This document shows, piece after piece, positions 11,208-23,506 of a stretch of DNA of 64,000 nucleotides (its first letter is position 1; every line of letters starts with the position of its first letter). The stretch comes from Paramecium tetraurelia. Its lineage: Eukaryota. The notes beneath the pieces were generated by a model. That model did no database searches, was not told the DNA's origin, and saw only the letters and a program-made list of their open reading frames with translations. A program made the translations under genes and the position numbers. The stretch spans positions 124,001 through 188,000 of the forward strand of contig CT868053.1 in the NCBI GenBank assembly GCA_000165425.1, read 5' to 3'.

Positions 11208-14200
11208 TCAAAGATCAAATATATCCTTCTGTGGTATTTTTCTATCAGTGGTTCTACAGAACGGACAACATTTCTTTTGAACATACTCAAATTCATGTTC
11301 GTCAATGAAAAAGAATCTTGTACAGTCAGGACATACATGAATTGGTTATGAGGAATCCATATTTTTATAGTATTTGACATCAATAGTTCTGCAATATGGC
11401 CTGAGATCAACAATAAGGACTTCTTCAGGGGATAGGGATTTAATTGTCGCTTCATCTAATTCAACTGCCAAATACTGATCTTGCGAGGTCTGTTATTATT
11501 GAATAATTTCATTCATTTTGTCTTAAAAGAGCTAACCTGGTCGTTTATTGGTTATGACTTTTTCAGTATTAAGCAATTTCTCAACATCCTCTCTGGATAA
11601 GGCGTTATCAACCTTGAATTCTACGACTTGAAGATTTTAAAAAGTGATGAAGGATGAAAAAAGAGGATGAAGACAAACATTGCATTAAGAGCAATTTTGA
11701 TTTTCGTTTAACATAAGATTTGATGTTTGACATCTGGCACAAAAGGGCAATCTCGATTCATCATCTGTATATGGTTTGGATCTGATAAGCATAGATTAAA
11801 GATCTATTTCTTCACTCCATTCGGGTGGTACTTTGAATGACTACAATTTAGAAGTATATATATACATTGAGTTTTTCATAACAAATACGAGTAGTTTTGT
11901 AACATCCAAGTTGAGATGCACATTTTGCAAGAGAATAATAGACATAGCTCATTTTAATTCCTTGATAGGTGCTTTTCCACTTAGAGATGATAAATCGAGC
12001 TGCATTCATTATTTGTAAGAAGTAATTTTCTCCAGACAGAGGCTGGAAGGGTTCTCCGATAAAACTATGTATCTTTTGATAAGCAAAATAGACATCAGCT
12101 AAATCACTATAGTCTTAATACTATCTAATTGATTTGACATCATCGCCAGAGGGATTATGATAATCAGCAATTTGAGTAAGGCAATCAATAGCTAGATTCC
12201 AAAGATATTGACTAGCATCATGATACCTTTATTCTTCAATACAATTCTTAGCCATATCCTTAGTCATCTTCATTGATATATCATATCTTCCAGCACTTTT
12301 ATAGGCTTTGAGTGCATCCTCATATCTATCATTCTGCAATAGATGATTGGCATAAGGAACTTTGACAATCTCAAGCAATTGTTTATTTGAGCGACCAATT
12401 TGAAAGGCTTCTTCCCATTTCTCAAATTCAACATGCAAAGCCATCAGACTCTACAAGTCATTCAATTTAAGATAGGCCTCCTTAGCGCCTCCATGATGTT
12501 TGAGTTTCTTAAAGTAATTGGCACATTAGACAATGCTGTCTGTGTTGTCCTATCTGTCCATCATTCTACAAACATTAATTAATCCATCGATATTTTTATT
12601 CTACCCATACAAATCAATGGCTTTCTTGAATTCTCCACATTATACAAATAAGTCTGCAGCAGCCTTCCAATCTCCTGACTCCTTCATCCACTCTGCCTCT
12701 TCTCTCAATAACATATTCATTTCTATCTTTGGAGCTGCTATATCTTATGGCTATGGTATCACAGCCTATCCTCTACTAGTGCCTGTTCTCCCTTGTGATG
12801 TTGGTGCTCTGACTCCAGTGCCTGTTCTCCCTCCTGATGTCACAGCCCTAAATGCCACATCTCCTTTCTTTGCAAAATCTAATTATGTAACCAAATTTAT
12901 TAACTTTTTGCTTCATCCCAACGTTTCAACTCTTTGAACAGTTAAACTGCTTTATCTGCCAAACCGACCTTTATAAGCAGATTGCCTGCATCAATGAACT
13001 TCCCTTGATATGCCAGTGTCTCTGCATTGAGTTCATTCAACGTTTGTGCATCCAAATTCCTTTTCTCATACTTCTACAACAAATCTATATATTGATAATC
13101 TTTATTCCTCAAAAAACACTATTTTAATTAGGATGATGTAATACTCTTCTTGCAATATCAAATTCTCCTGCAATCAATGCTTCTATTCCCAATGCTCTAA
13201 TGTCTTATTCTGTAACTCCCAAACATGCTATTTTCAAAGCATTCTAAAAGTCCTTCTTCTCTAAATACTTCTACATATTTGCAGTCTGCTGGATAACAAT
13301 CGTCTAAGGTTTTGAGCCATCAAATAAAAATATTTTGCATCCCTTGAACCCTATAACATTTCCATTTATTTTTTAATTCAATGCTTAAAATGCTATACAT
13401 TTAATAAACAATAATCCCTTGCCAGAGTAAGCAATCAAATCCTCAAACTCCTCATTGAATGCTACTCCTTCCACACTCATCTCCCCAAATAGTACTTCCT
13501 TAGTGATAGTGTCAAGAACTTGGAGATTCGAATTGCCATCAATCAAAGCCAACTTTCTTTTAGTTTGAGACATGGTCAGATATTTGATCTAAGTGTTGAC
13601 CTTATGAACTTGAATCGGAAATGAATTATCTAAGAACAATTTATAAATTCCCCCGTTCTCTAATCCAACCAACACCAATTCCCTTTTAGGAGGGCCTCCT
13701 TAAACACTAACAAAACTAATAGGTGCTTCAAAGGACCATGTTCTATCCATATCACCATTAAAATTGAAGGCAATCAATTTCTAACCTCCACCTATTAAAA
13801 CATTGGAGGATGACAATTAGAAGTGGTCGCAATCCACTCTTTTGGCAAACTTCTTGAATTGTTTGTACTTCATATAATCATCTCCCTTTATCACGCAAGT
13901 ATAGATTAGAACCTTGATTCCACACAGAACGGCGACTTTCTCCTTAAAAATAGCGACCTTCTTGACCAACTCTTTACATTTTATCCTAGCCTTTTAATTT
14001 GAATTCATTGACACTATAATAGCATCAGTCAATTGCTCTCTGCTTATAAACTTGTCATTATATAATCCAATAACAGTATCAGAAATCAATTCTTAAATGA
14101 TGATTTATCCATCATTCGTGCCACAACCTATTAAGGTTGATTTGGGCTTAATTTTAGTGCACCATATCCAATCTTGTTGCTAACATACTTCGAATAGGAA

Positions 14201-15063
14201 TCCCCCTTCTCTCGTGTACAAATTGACTTTACTATTGTTGCCTGAAATTGCCATGTACTCTCCATTATGCTAAAAATTGATATGTAATGGATCGAAGGGC
14301 AGTTCTATTCTGGCTCCAATTTATTATCCATTCTAATCGAATTGATATAAAGAATTCATCCAAACTCCCACTGTAAGTTAAGATTATTGGTTATCTGAAT
14401 TTATTGGAGACCACTCCATACACCAAGCAGGTCCTCCTTTTTGAGTCTATATCTCTTTCAGATTTTGTGCCTGTCTGTCCGTAATTACAATCAAACCTAT
14501 TTTCAAATAAATTATTTATACCACTTATGGTTCCAAAGGATACATATTACCCGTCTGCACTCCAGGCACAACAAATGATCTTCTCCTTAAACTTTTATCG
14601 CTCGATGTTGCTCATTCCAGGAATCCAAAGGGAATACTCCTAATTCGACCCTGTGAAGATCTGCTATTACAATGGACTAATCGCTGCACATTGTATAGCA
14701 TCACTATGAGAAAACCACTTCTCTGGCTCCAACAAACGATCACTTTTTTTACTATTGTACATCCAAACCACAACTGTTTTATCCTGACTTCCAGACACCA
14801 ATTTGTTTCCATCCTTAGAGGTGGCCAAACAAGTGATTGTCTCCTTGTGTTGTCCTCTCAAGGGTGGACACAGCATGTCAGATTTGTAGGTATCGAAAAG
14901 AAGAAGTGCATTACCCACGGCTGCCACGAATATATCACCATCTTGGGGATTTGCGATTTCACATACCTTTCAAAAATGCACATGCGAAAACTTGGTTGGT
15001 AATGTTGGAATTCGCATCCTTGGGCTAATCTATTGCAGAGGTCCAAAGTTCCTTGCTTTTCAT
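11208..15063 (-). CDS. IFT122: Intraflagellar transport protein 122 (IFT-A core)
   Basis: N-terminal WD40s (LRGQHKETITCLATSKDGNKLVSGSQDKTVVVW), TPR-like region (LHVEFEKWEEAF..PYANHLLQNDRYEDALKAY), C-terminal zinc knuckles (CPEC..CPFCR). Confidence 0.93.
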
Positions 15064-15144
15064 ATTTTAAATTATTTATATATCAATGATAATGAATTCT
15101 ATTTATAATAAATATATTTTGAATTTGAATTCATTAAAATACAA

Positions 15145-16105
15145 ATGGGCAATTACTGCAGTGAGATTTGCAATGAACCTGAAATTTAAGTCTTGAGATT
15201 GTCTGATTTGGAATGCACTCCTCAATCTGTGCGTTCAAGAAAGAGCCAACACCAGAAAGGCTACTTCACTGAGAGCAAAGAACCAGTTCTTCATTTGAAT
15301 AATAACACCGAGAAATAGAGGCGGCCTCCTTATCGCTACACCACAGGAGGAGTGTATGAGGGAGAATGGGTCGGAAACAAGAGGGAGGGAATCGGAATTA
15401 TGACTTGGCCAGGTAATTAAATGTATCTCACGTATTTGCAAGATGGAGCCAAGTATGAGGGCGAGTGGAAAGATAACAGAGCGAATGGTAACGGTAAATT
15501 CTGGCATTTAGACGGCGACACTTGTAGGTTTATTTTATTTTTATTAGACGAAGGAGAATGGAAGGATGATTAGACACATGGCTACGGCATATATGTACAC
15601 GTCAATGGAGCCAAGTATGAGGGCTATTGGAAGAACGATGTACAAGATGGATATGGAATTGAAATTTGGGCAGATGGAAGTAAATATGAAGGATTTTACG
15701 TCATGGGCAAAAAGGATGGTTAAGGCAAATACTATTGGCCAGATGGTAGTTCTTACTAGGGAGCTTGGTCAGAAAACAACATCAATGGTCATGGTACATA
15801 TTAATGGCAAGATGGTCGATAGGTAATTGTGTGTAATTATGTTGCAGTATGTTGGAGATTGGTTAGATAATTGTATGCATGGCAAAGGATGTTATAAATG
15901 GAAAGATGGGAGATCATACTTAGGGGAATTTGTACAAGATAAACGACATGGATTTGGAGTTTATGAATGGGAGGATGGAAGGAAATATGAAGGATTCTGG
16001 GATAATGGAAAATAACATGGGGAAGGTAACTATTATGAATCAAATGGCAAGATGAGGAGAGGGTTATGGGAAGATGGTAAAAGGATTAAATGGCTAGATG
16101 AGTGA
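15145..16105 (+). CDS. MORN-repeat protein with N-terminal MGNYC acylation motif
   Basis: Repeated YEGEW....GxG...W.DG units; three tiny introns; TGA at 16103-16105. Confidence 0.93.
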
Positions 16106-16122
16106 TATTATATTAAACTATC

Positions 16123-17654
16123 TCAAATCAAAGAACTTAGTTAATCTGATGCCTCTTTTAAATGATTCAAGATCAATTACCTACAATCTTCAACTCCATG
16201 TTCACTAAATTAAGCCAAATCTTCCTTAATGTATAATACAAACTCATTTTCAGTTGAATCTGTCAGTTTTTCTGCCACATATATCAGCCATTATTCATCA
16301 GATGTATAATTCTTATCTCTAAAATTCACCAATTACTTAATCTTAGTAGTGTATTCTACCTTAGCCTTTTTCTATTAATCCATAAGGATGGCATCGTATT
16401 TTGATTGTAATTAATCATCCCTTATTGAAAAATATGAATAATTGAGAAAATACTCTACCCTCATTTCCTTTAATTCTTATTTGATATAACTCTAGGTAAA
16501 GAATTGATCAAAATTCTCCATAGTTAATATACGTAAGGCCTCGTCAACTTTCTTTTATAAGGTATCCAATTCATAAACTCCAATGCTTCTTAAACATTTA
16601 GAACATGCAGAGACTATTCTTGAAACATCAATATCCTAATCCTTAATTGGCATCCTATAAATGGCTGGTTGATTGTGTATGGCACATTTTTGTTGATAAA
16701 TGGATTTCCTGTCTTGAATAACATCTAAATCATTAATCAACAGTGGTGAAATAGGCGTTTAAGTAAAGGGGACTTAATTTAAAAGAGAGATGGAACTATT
16801 GTTAACATTCTACTTGTATTGTCTTATTAAATCAAGTATCCATGGTAACGATTTCCTTTGATTCGGTTCTTTATTAATCATTCCCATAAGAATGTTAGCA
16901 ACTATTTGTTTTCTTGGTGGCAAACGGCTACCTGAATATTCATGCTTTCTTGGATAGTAGGGTTCATTCCTGATTTTAATAAAGACTTCGTCTTCAGTAT
17001 GACCATCAAAAAATGGAGTGCCATGTAACAATTCGTCAAACATTAATCCCAAGGCCCAAATATCGACTGTTTTATCATACCCATATAATTCTGCTCTTCC
17101 ATCGATGATTTCAGGAGCAACATAGTAGGCAGTCCCAAATTTAGAAGTGAGTTTGACATCACCAATACAACCCAATCCAAAATCTGAGATCTTATAGTAA
17201 ATCTAGCCATTATAGGTGGTTCTTAAAATATTTTCTGGTTTAATATCCCTATGAACAATATTGATCTTATGCAAATAATCTAACCCTTGGGCAACTTGTT
17301 CCAGAATCTCAATGCAATGTTCCTCACCCAAATATTGAGGTTTCTTTTTCATAAAATCAAATAGAGTGCCACTATTACAGAATTCTTAAACTACATATAC
17401 TTGAGTGCCCTGATCATACACATCAATTATTCTCACTATGGCAGGATGCGAATGTTTGACTAATTCATTCAGAATTTCAATCTCACTCAAGGTCAATTGA
17501 TTATTTTTGGGTAAAATCTACATTAGTTAAATTCAGTTACTTTGACTGCCACCTATTCTTAAGTGGTTTTCTTCTTTGCTAAATAAACTTATCCGAACAC
17601 TCCTTATCCTAATTATTGATTAGAAAACTCGTAAAATAGATCAAATCTCTTCAT
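16123..17654 (-). CDS. Ser/Thr protein kinase with C-terminal extension
   Basis: LGQGVFGQV, VAVK, VHRDIKPENI, ISDFGLG, GTAYYVAPE, DIWALG; tail contains CAIH..CSKC. Confidence 0.9.
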
Positions 17655-17699
17655 CTGGTTATATATTGGATAAATTTTAAAATTATTTTAATATATAAA

Positions 17700-18660
17700 T
17701 CAATTTTTGGTTAAGTTCAAATAGAAACTAACAAAAGACTTATTATCAAAGACTTTGGACAATAAAGCTGATTGGTGAACATTCTGGATCAGTTCTACTT
17801 CAGACATAAAAGAGCAGAACCTTTTAGAGGTCAAAGACACTTCCTTTTGTGATTTGATCACTATTCGTAGCTATATTACTTTAGTAATAGTTTGATTACA
17901 TCCTCTGGTTTACTCCAGAAAGCAAAAATAGGGAATTGAAATACTGTTTGTGGTTGAACGTAGGAGTAGAGTAAGATTCCACTTTAGATACTCTATTAAC
18001 TACAAGGTACTTGAGAGGGTTCCACCTTTTCGTCTTTCAAGAATCTACATCACTTTTACTATGATACGCTTCAGCAGCATTCTAACTATTGGGAAGACTT
18101 TTGTTATTATTGTTCTTAGTTATCAGATGGCGAATGCAGAGCATCTTCTTCACTAGATCAATCAAGTATTGCTTCTTATGACTCAAGACTTGATGCTTCT
18201 TGGTTCTCAACTACTGATCTTCCTTAATCTTCTGCCATTTGTCTTTGTTATGGCACCCTATTAAGATCATTAAGTACTTCCCACTCTTGAAAGTCTCTGG
18301 CGTTGCAAACAAGAACTTCTTCTTCTTTATAATAACCCCAGCCGCGATCAAGACATTGAGTGCATCATAGACTCGACGCTTCACATTCTATTCCTCCTTC
18401 TTTTACTCGCTGTCCTCTGACACCAATTTATCAGCCACGAACCTATAAGTCGTCTGTGACTCTGATTCAATTATCTTTTTCACCTTATAACTCAGATTTC
18501 TCAATCCCTTATTCTTAGAACCATGCAGCGAAAAGCTTTTCTTCTTCACTCCTGTAAATGAGCATTGTGAGTAAACTGGTTTAGGATGCAGGACTCCGTT
18601 TGGATTGAAACTAAAACGTGAGACATCTGGAAACTGACTAGCCTCTCCATCGTAATCCAT
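17700..18660 (-). CDS. E2F/DP family transcription factor (DP-like)
   Basis: KGLRNLSYKVKKII..TTYRFVADKLV..NVKRRVYDALNVLIAAG (DP winged-helix signature). Confidence 0.9.
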
Positions 18661-18816
18661 TTAATCAATATTTTATTAATATTATACATTCCCATTTTGG
18701 TAATTTGTTAATCAATGTCTATAAATATGATAACTATAATATATTCATTCCTTATTATCGTAGATAATGCTTGATGTATTTCTAAAGTATTAATACGAAG
18801 AATAGCATTAAATATT

Positions 18817-19248
18817 TCAGATCTACTAGAGTTGAATTAGATTAACTAAAACCTTAAGACTTTCTTATTATTTTCTGATCCAATTATATTCACACATTCT
18901 CCATTATTAATTAAACAATTTTAATTCACATACTTAAATTCGAATCATTTAAATAGTATTCCAAAAGTTCTTAATCAACACTTCTACCTTATACTATTAT
19001 TCAATTAGTATGTTATTATCTGCTGTTGAATTAGATTATCTTGAATTGAATTCATATAATTTTATTTCTTTTTGATTGCTTTACGTTGAGATCTAATCTT
19101 ATCCTAGATGAAGTTCATTTATAATATCATAGATGACTCATTTTTTAAGAGTTCTGCAAAAGAATCTGATTACAAAAGATGTAACTCTATATTTGTTGTG
19201 TTGCTTAGATTGAATATTCTATTTTTATTAGTCGTATTTACATCTCAT
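18817..19248 (-). pseudogene. Possible small gene or pseudogene with one in-frame TGA
   Basis: ATG at 19248; frame interrupted once by TGA at 19138-19140, then open ~106 codons; no recognisable domain. Confidence 0.3.
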
Positions 19249-19279
19249 TATGATTAATTATAATAATTTAAAATTGTCG

Positions 19280-20583
19280 TCATATTATAATATTTTATAA
19301 AAATTACAATGACGAATTATACTTTAGTAATAATGGTGAGCTGGGATAAAATAGTTCGAGTAAATGTAAATGAGCATGCAAATTTTGGATTTATGAGTGG
19401 ACAAGTACATAATTTATAGCTTGTAACTAAACAAAACTAGATGCACTTTTCGTAAGACATTCCCTTAGTAATTGATATCCCTTTGCTAAAACAAAGTATT
19501 TTTCTGCTGGATGCTTTGAGAATTAGATGGCTTATAGATATTCAATCTATTCTTGAAAAGGCTTAGTCTAAGTCATATGCTTCTTTGGGATGTCAAAGAA
19601 GTCAGGTTTGAGTGATAAGTGTGTCATTTTTCCCATCAAATTTACTATACTATTTTTATGCAGTATCTTCAACACTTCCATCAATTGGATTGTTAGGGTT
19701 TCGTTTATAGTCTAAATAGGATAATTAAAATGTCTTACCACTGACAGAAAAAAATTAAAGTAATTTGCTTTATCCTTTAGATACTTATTCTATGCAATAT
19801 CAATTTGATCACTTGAAATGTCACCCAAATACTCATTCAAGGCATGAATCAGATAACTCAGGAATTAGTTAGTTGTTACACCAAATTTGGCAACTTGAGC
19901 TTTCAACTACGACAAATTTTGATTGGATTATTGAAGATTATTTAGGTATGCTTTGGCCCATCCCTAAAATTATGTAATCATATAGAAAAAAGGATGTTGG
20001 TTCGATTTGATCATCTCGTTTATAATCGTAAACACTAAGTAAAACTTTTGAGCCTGAGCATTCTGAGTTTCGTAATCCTGTATCTCCTATTTCTACGAAG
20101 ATATAGATTGATTCTCGTTGATTTTTGAAACTAAATATTGTTGGAATTTAGATATACAGGAATTGTAACTAGTTGATAATGTTAGGTCGCCTGATGATGT
20201 GCGAATGACTGTGTCCTCTCTAAGAAACTCATTGTTCTTTCTAAATATTTAAACTATAATAATTAAACATTTACAAGAACTCTTCTGATTGTTACACAAT
20301 CTGCTTCATTCTGTCTTCCTTCATAGTCTCACTCACTTAAATAGTGGTTTACAAAATATTTACAAACTTATTTGATCTTCTGTCTAAATCTATTCTGTTC
20401 CTGAGGAGAATGTTTAGCTAAGCATTTGATCATACTCATCACCCACTCCTCTTCTAAACGAGACAATCGATCTTTCATTAATGCCTTCCAATCATTCTGC
20501 AACATAATTATAATCATTACATTCACACCAAGCCAGACTGTTGAAATTAATTTTTCATCATTTTTTTATTAGGAATTGCCCAT
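19280..20583 (-). CDS. N-myristoylation-motif protein with degenerate VPS9-like C-terminal domain
   Basis: Starts MGNSQQK; tail PFQEQIEYLQAI..HPAEKYFVL..AINYVLVHSQIQNLHAHLHLLELF follows the VPS9 helix pattern. Confidence 0.7.
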
Positions 20584-20611
20584 TTTATATTTAATATTTT
20601 AATTAATATCA

Positions 20612-22409
20612 TCATAAGATTGATTCCTTGCTGTATTGCAAACTCTAAGCACATTGTTAACAAAACAGTTCCAGCATATCTAAATCGATAGAATGTATCT
20701 TAGCCTCACTGTTTGATGAAATGTTACCAATACCTTTGACATTAATTACTTAAATGGCCCCAATAATTTAATGATTTTGCGATTTTAGAGGCATACAAAT
20801 AATTGGCATATTCGTTTCAATATCAATATTGGGATTGAAAATAGGACTAGTATAGCAATTGCTCACAGCCACCAATTGTTGATCCTAAATACATGTTCCC
20901 ATTATGCCCAACAAAGTATCAGTCTAACAAAGTTTGCCTTCTCTATTAATATGAGAAAGAACCTAATTATAATAGACTACTTTGGCCTATTCCACATTCA
21001 TTAACGATCTTAACCTATCCTCTGCAGAGAGAATTAAATCAATAAGATTGTTTTACTTACTTTAAAGTATGATGCCAGTTTTAATAATGTGTCTTAATTT
21101 ATTTTAGATTAACATCTAGGCATCATGATTCATTGCATTTTTTAATACACTTTTACTGAACTCCCCCATAATCTATAAGAGAGCCTCGTCATCCTTAGTA
21201 AAGTATCCATTTTATTTATTCACACATTATAAAACTCCCATGCATTTATCACCATCCAAAATAGGTGATACCAATAATGTCTTTGTCTTATAATTGTTTT
21301 TAACGTCCTATTAGGTATTGAATCTTTAATCTCTATACGCATCTTCAATATTCAAAATTATTCGATTCTAAGCAACAAATCCTGCGAGTCCTTGGCCAAT
21401 TTATAGTCTAATTGTTGTTTGAGTACCTTTGGCAACTCTGGTCCAAAGTTCTTTTTTTGCTTAGTCAACAATAAAACAAGATGCCCTATCGCATTCTAAA
21501 CAGTCAACGCACTTGTCAATGATGGTTTGCAACGCATCATCTAATAGGACTGAGGAATTCATCTGCAGAGCTCCTGTGACTATTTTTTTGAGTCTTAATA
21601 CTAAGATAAACAATTATTAATGATCTGACATTATTCTTTTGAATTTGTCATAGAGAAATGATAATTTTTATGCTGAGATCGATTGGATTATGTCACAAAA
21701 GTTTTCTTCAGATTCCAGAAGCACTTTCATCAACGAGACTGTTCCATCTCTATTATATTATGTAGTTGCATCTTCATCAGCTAAAGACTAACTATTTAGG
21801 ATTACATAATTAGATATTCAAGATTGCATTGGTTCTGAAGCAGTCCTCTTGCTGTAATATATCATAAAAATTAGATGCTCCAGAGTTATTCCTATCATTT
21901 TTGAAGGTCTCTCCATCGTCTGGGTGGAATCTCGCTAGAGTGGGATTTCGAAACGTTTATCTCCTGAAAAGTTTTACTGATTGGGTATTACCATCCTCTG
22001 TGATTTTATTATTCTTTTTCTCAATTGGTAATAGGGTCTTAAGATTCTTTGTTTTTGGATTTGGTTTGGTTCCTTGGTTGAATTGCCTTTCATCTTTTAA
22101 AATGCTTAATTTAGTTTAATTGGCTTGCATGAGATATTCGTTGATGTGAGTCAAGCGATCAATCTCTTTTTGTTGCAATTTGATCAAGTCCTGGGATTTT
22201 CGTATTTGATCTTCCTTGTTTTCAATGGTTAACAATAATTTATCTATTTCCTTTTATTGCATCTTTTGGGTTTCAGTTAGTTTCTTGACTAAATCATCTT
22301 GAGCATCGATTTCCTTGTTTTTGGGAGATGTAATTTAGGAGCTGCGGTCAGTTTTGATTTTGAATTTCTTGGTGTGGTCAAAAGCATTCAACTCCTATAA
22401 TTTATTCAT
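20612..22409 (-). CDS. Coiled-coil protein with two GAF domains and no catalytic domain
   Basis: CDRASCFIVD..GQGLAGFVA..NIEDAYRDQRFN..KTLLVSPI..GVLQCVNKQNGYFTKDDE; a second GAF at the C-terminus. Confidence 0.9.
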
Positions 22410-22508
22410 TTTTAATATATTTTTATACATATTTGATAAAATTAAATCATCGCATTTTACAAATACTATTGAATCAGAATAGTTGAATATTGATGTGAAT
22501 TAATTTAA

Positions 22509-23328
22509 TCATTTGCATTTTTTCAGTAAAATGTAGGATATTATACTAAACACAGTTTCTATTCCCAACACAATTAAATAACAAAATGTTTCATATTCAT
22601 TCGTCATGATAAGATATGTCTCGAGGACAAGAAGACTATGAAGCAAGATTAGAAGGATCTTTTGGATCAATCTGTATCCGAACTTCTCTTGTATTCTCAT
22701 CAAAACTCCAGCGAATAGGGATATTGGGATGAAGATGTAGAAGTTTACATCAAGATACCAAAGCAGCAAGATAAATCCCTATTCGAATCCGATTCGCTCC
22801 ACATAATAGGTCACGTAGATGATCATATCATTTTTCTCTGACTAGGATTTCTGATCTCCGATTAATTCCTGGAACGGATCTCTTTGACTATCAGGGTTTT
22901 CGGTGTGAGATTTATTTTGAGCAAATTGAACTTGCAACATTGTGCTATTTGGGGATTCAATCTTTATCGATTTCTTCCTTTGCATTTTCTATTCCTTCAT
23001 AATAGCCTTGATGTAATGATTTGAATTGACGCCCATTGACTAAGAAGGGATTTCTTCAGCCCCATCCAATTTGATAGTGCTATTTCTCACTTACTAAAAA
23101 CTTTTTCTGATCGTCGAACTTATTATCACTGAAGACTTCCTAGAGGCATCCTTTCGTTTAGGTACTGGGGCGAATTGGCTTAATTGTTGTGGTCTACTCT
23201 ATTAAATATTGATACTCGGAGAACACCTGGTTTGAAGCACGACTTCTTCTTCTAATGATAAAGAGAAAGAGAACTTGAATCATAAAAAGAAGACCAGAAT
23301 AAGATAATTGTGCTATTTAGTAATACAT
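22509..23328 (-). CDS. Hypothetical membrane protein
   Basis: N-terminal hydrophobic segment, 22-nt intron, polar linker, 3-4 C-terminal TM segments (ORF track 22509-22769). Confidence 0.7.
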
Positions 23329-23506
23329 CTTAAATAATATATAAAAATAATATATTTATTTTTGGTACTTATGATGTAATTTTCTGGATTGCCATTTTAA
23401 GTAAAATAGAATTCAGAAATACTGAATAACTCCAATTCAATAATCGGCTGTATAAAAAGCAACAATAATTACAAGTATTTCATTAATTAATTATTAAAAT
23501 AATATA

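Noticed and set aside
12533..12937. 134-aa plus-strand ORF from the track, and similar ORFs at 4433, 14691, 23801, 28262, 44587 and 53381
   Set aside because: Antisense or off-frame shadows of well-supported code-6 genes
19289..20010. Long plus-strand open frames
   Set aside because: Antisense shadow of the minus-strand VPS9-like gene
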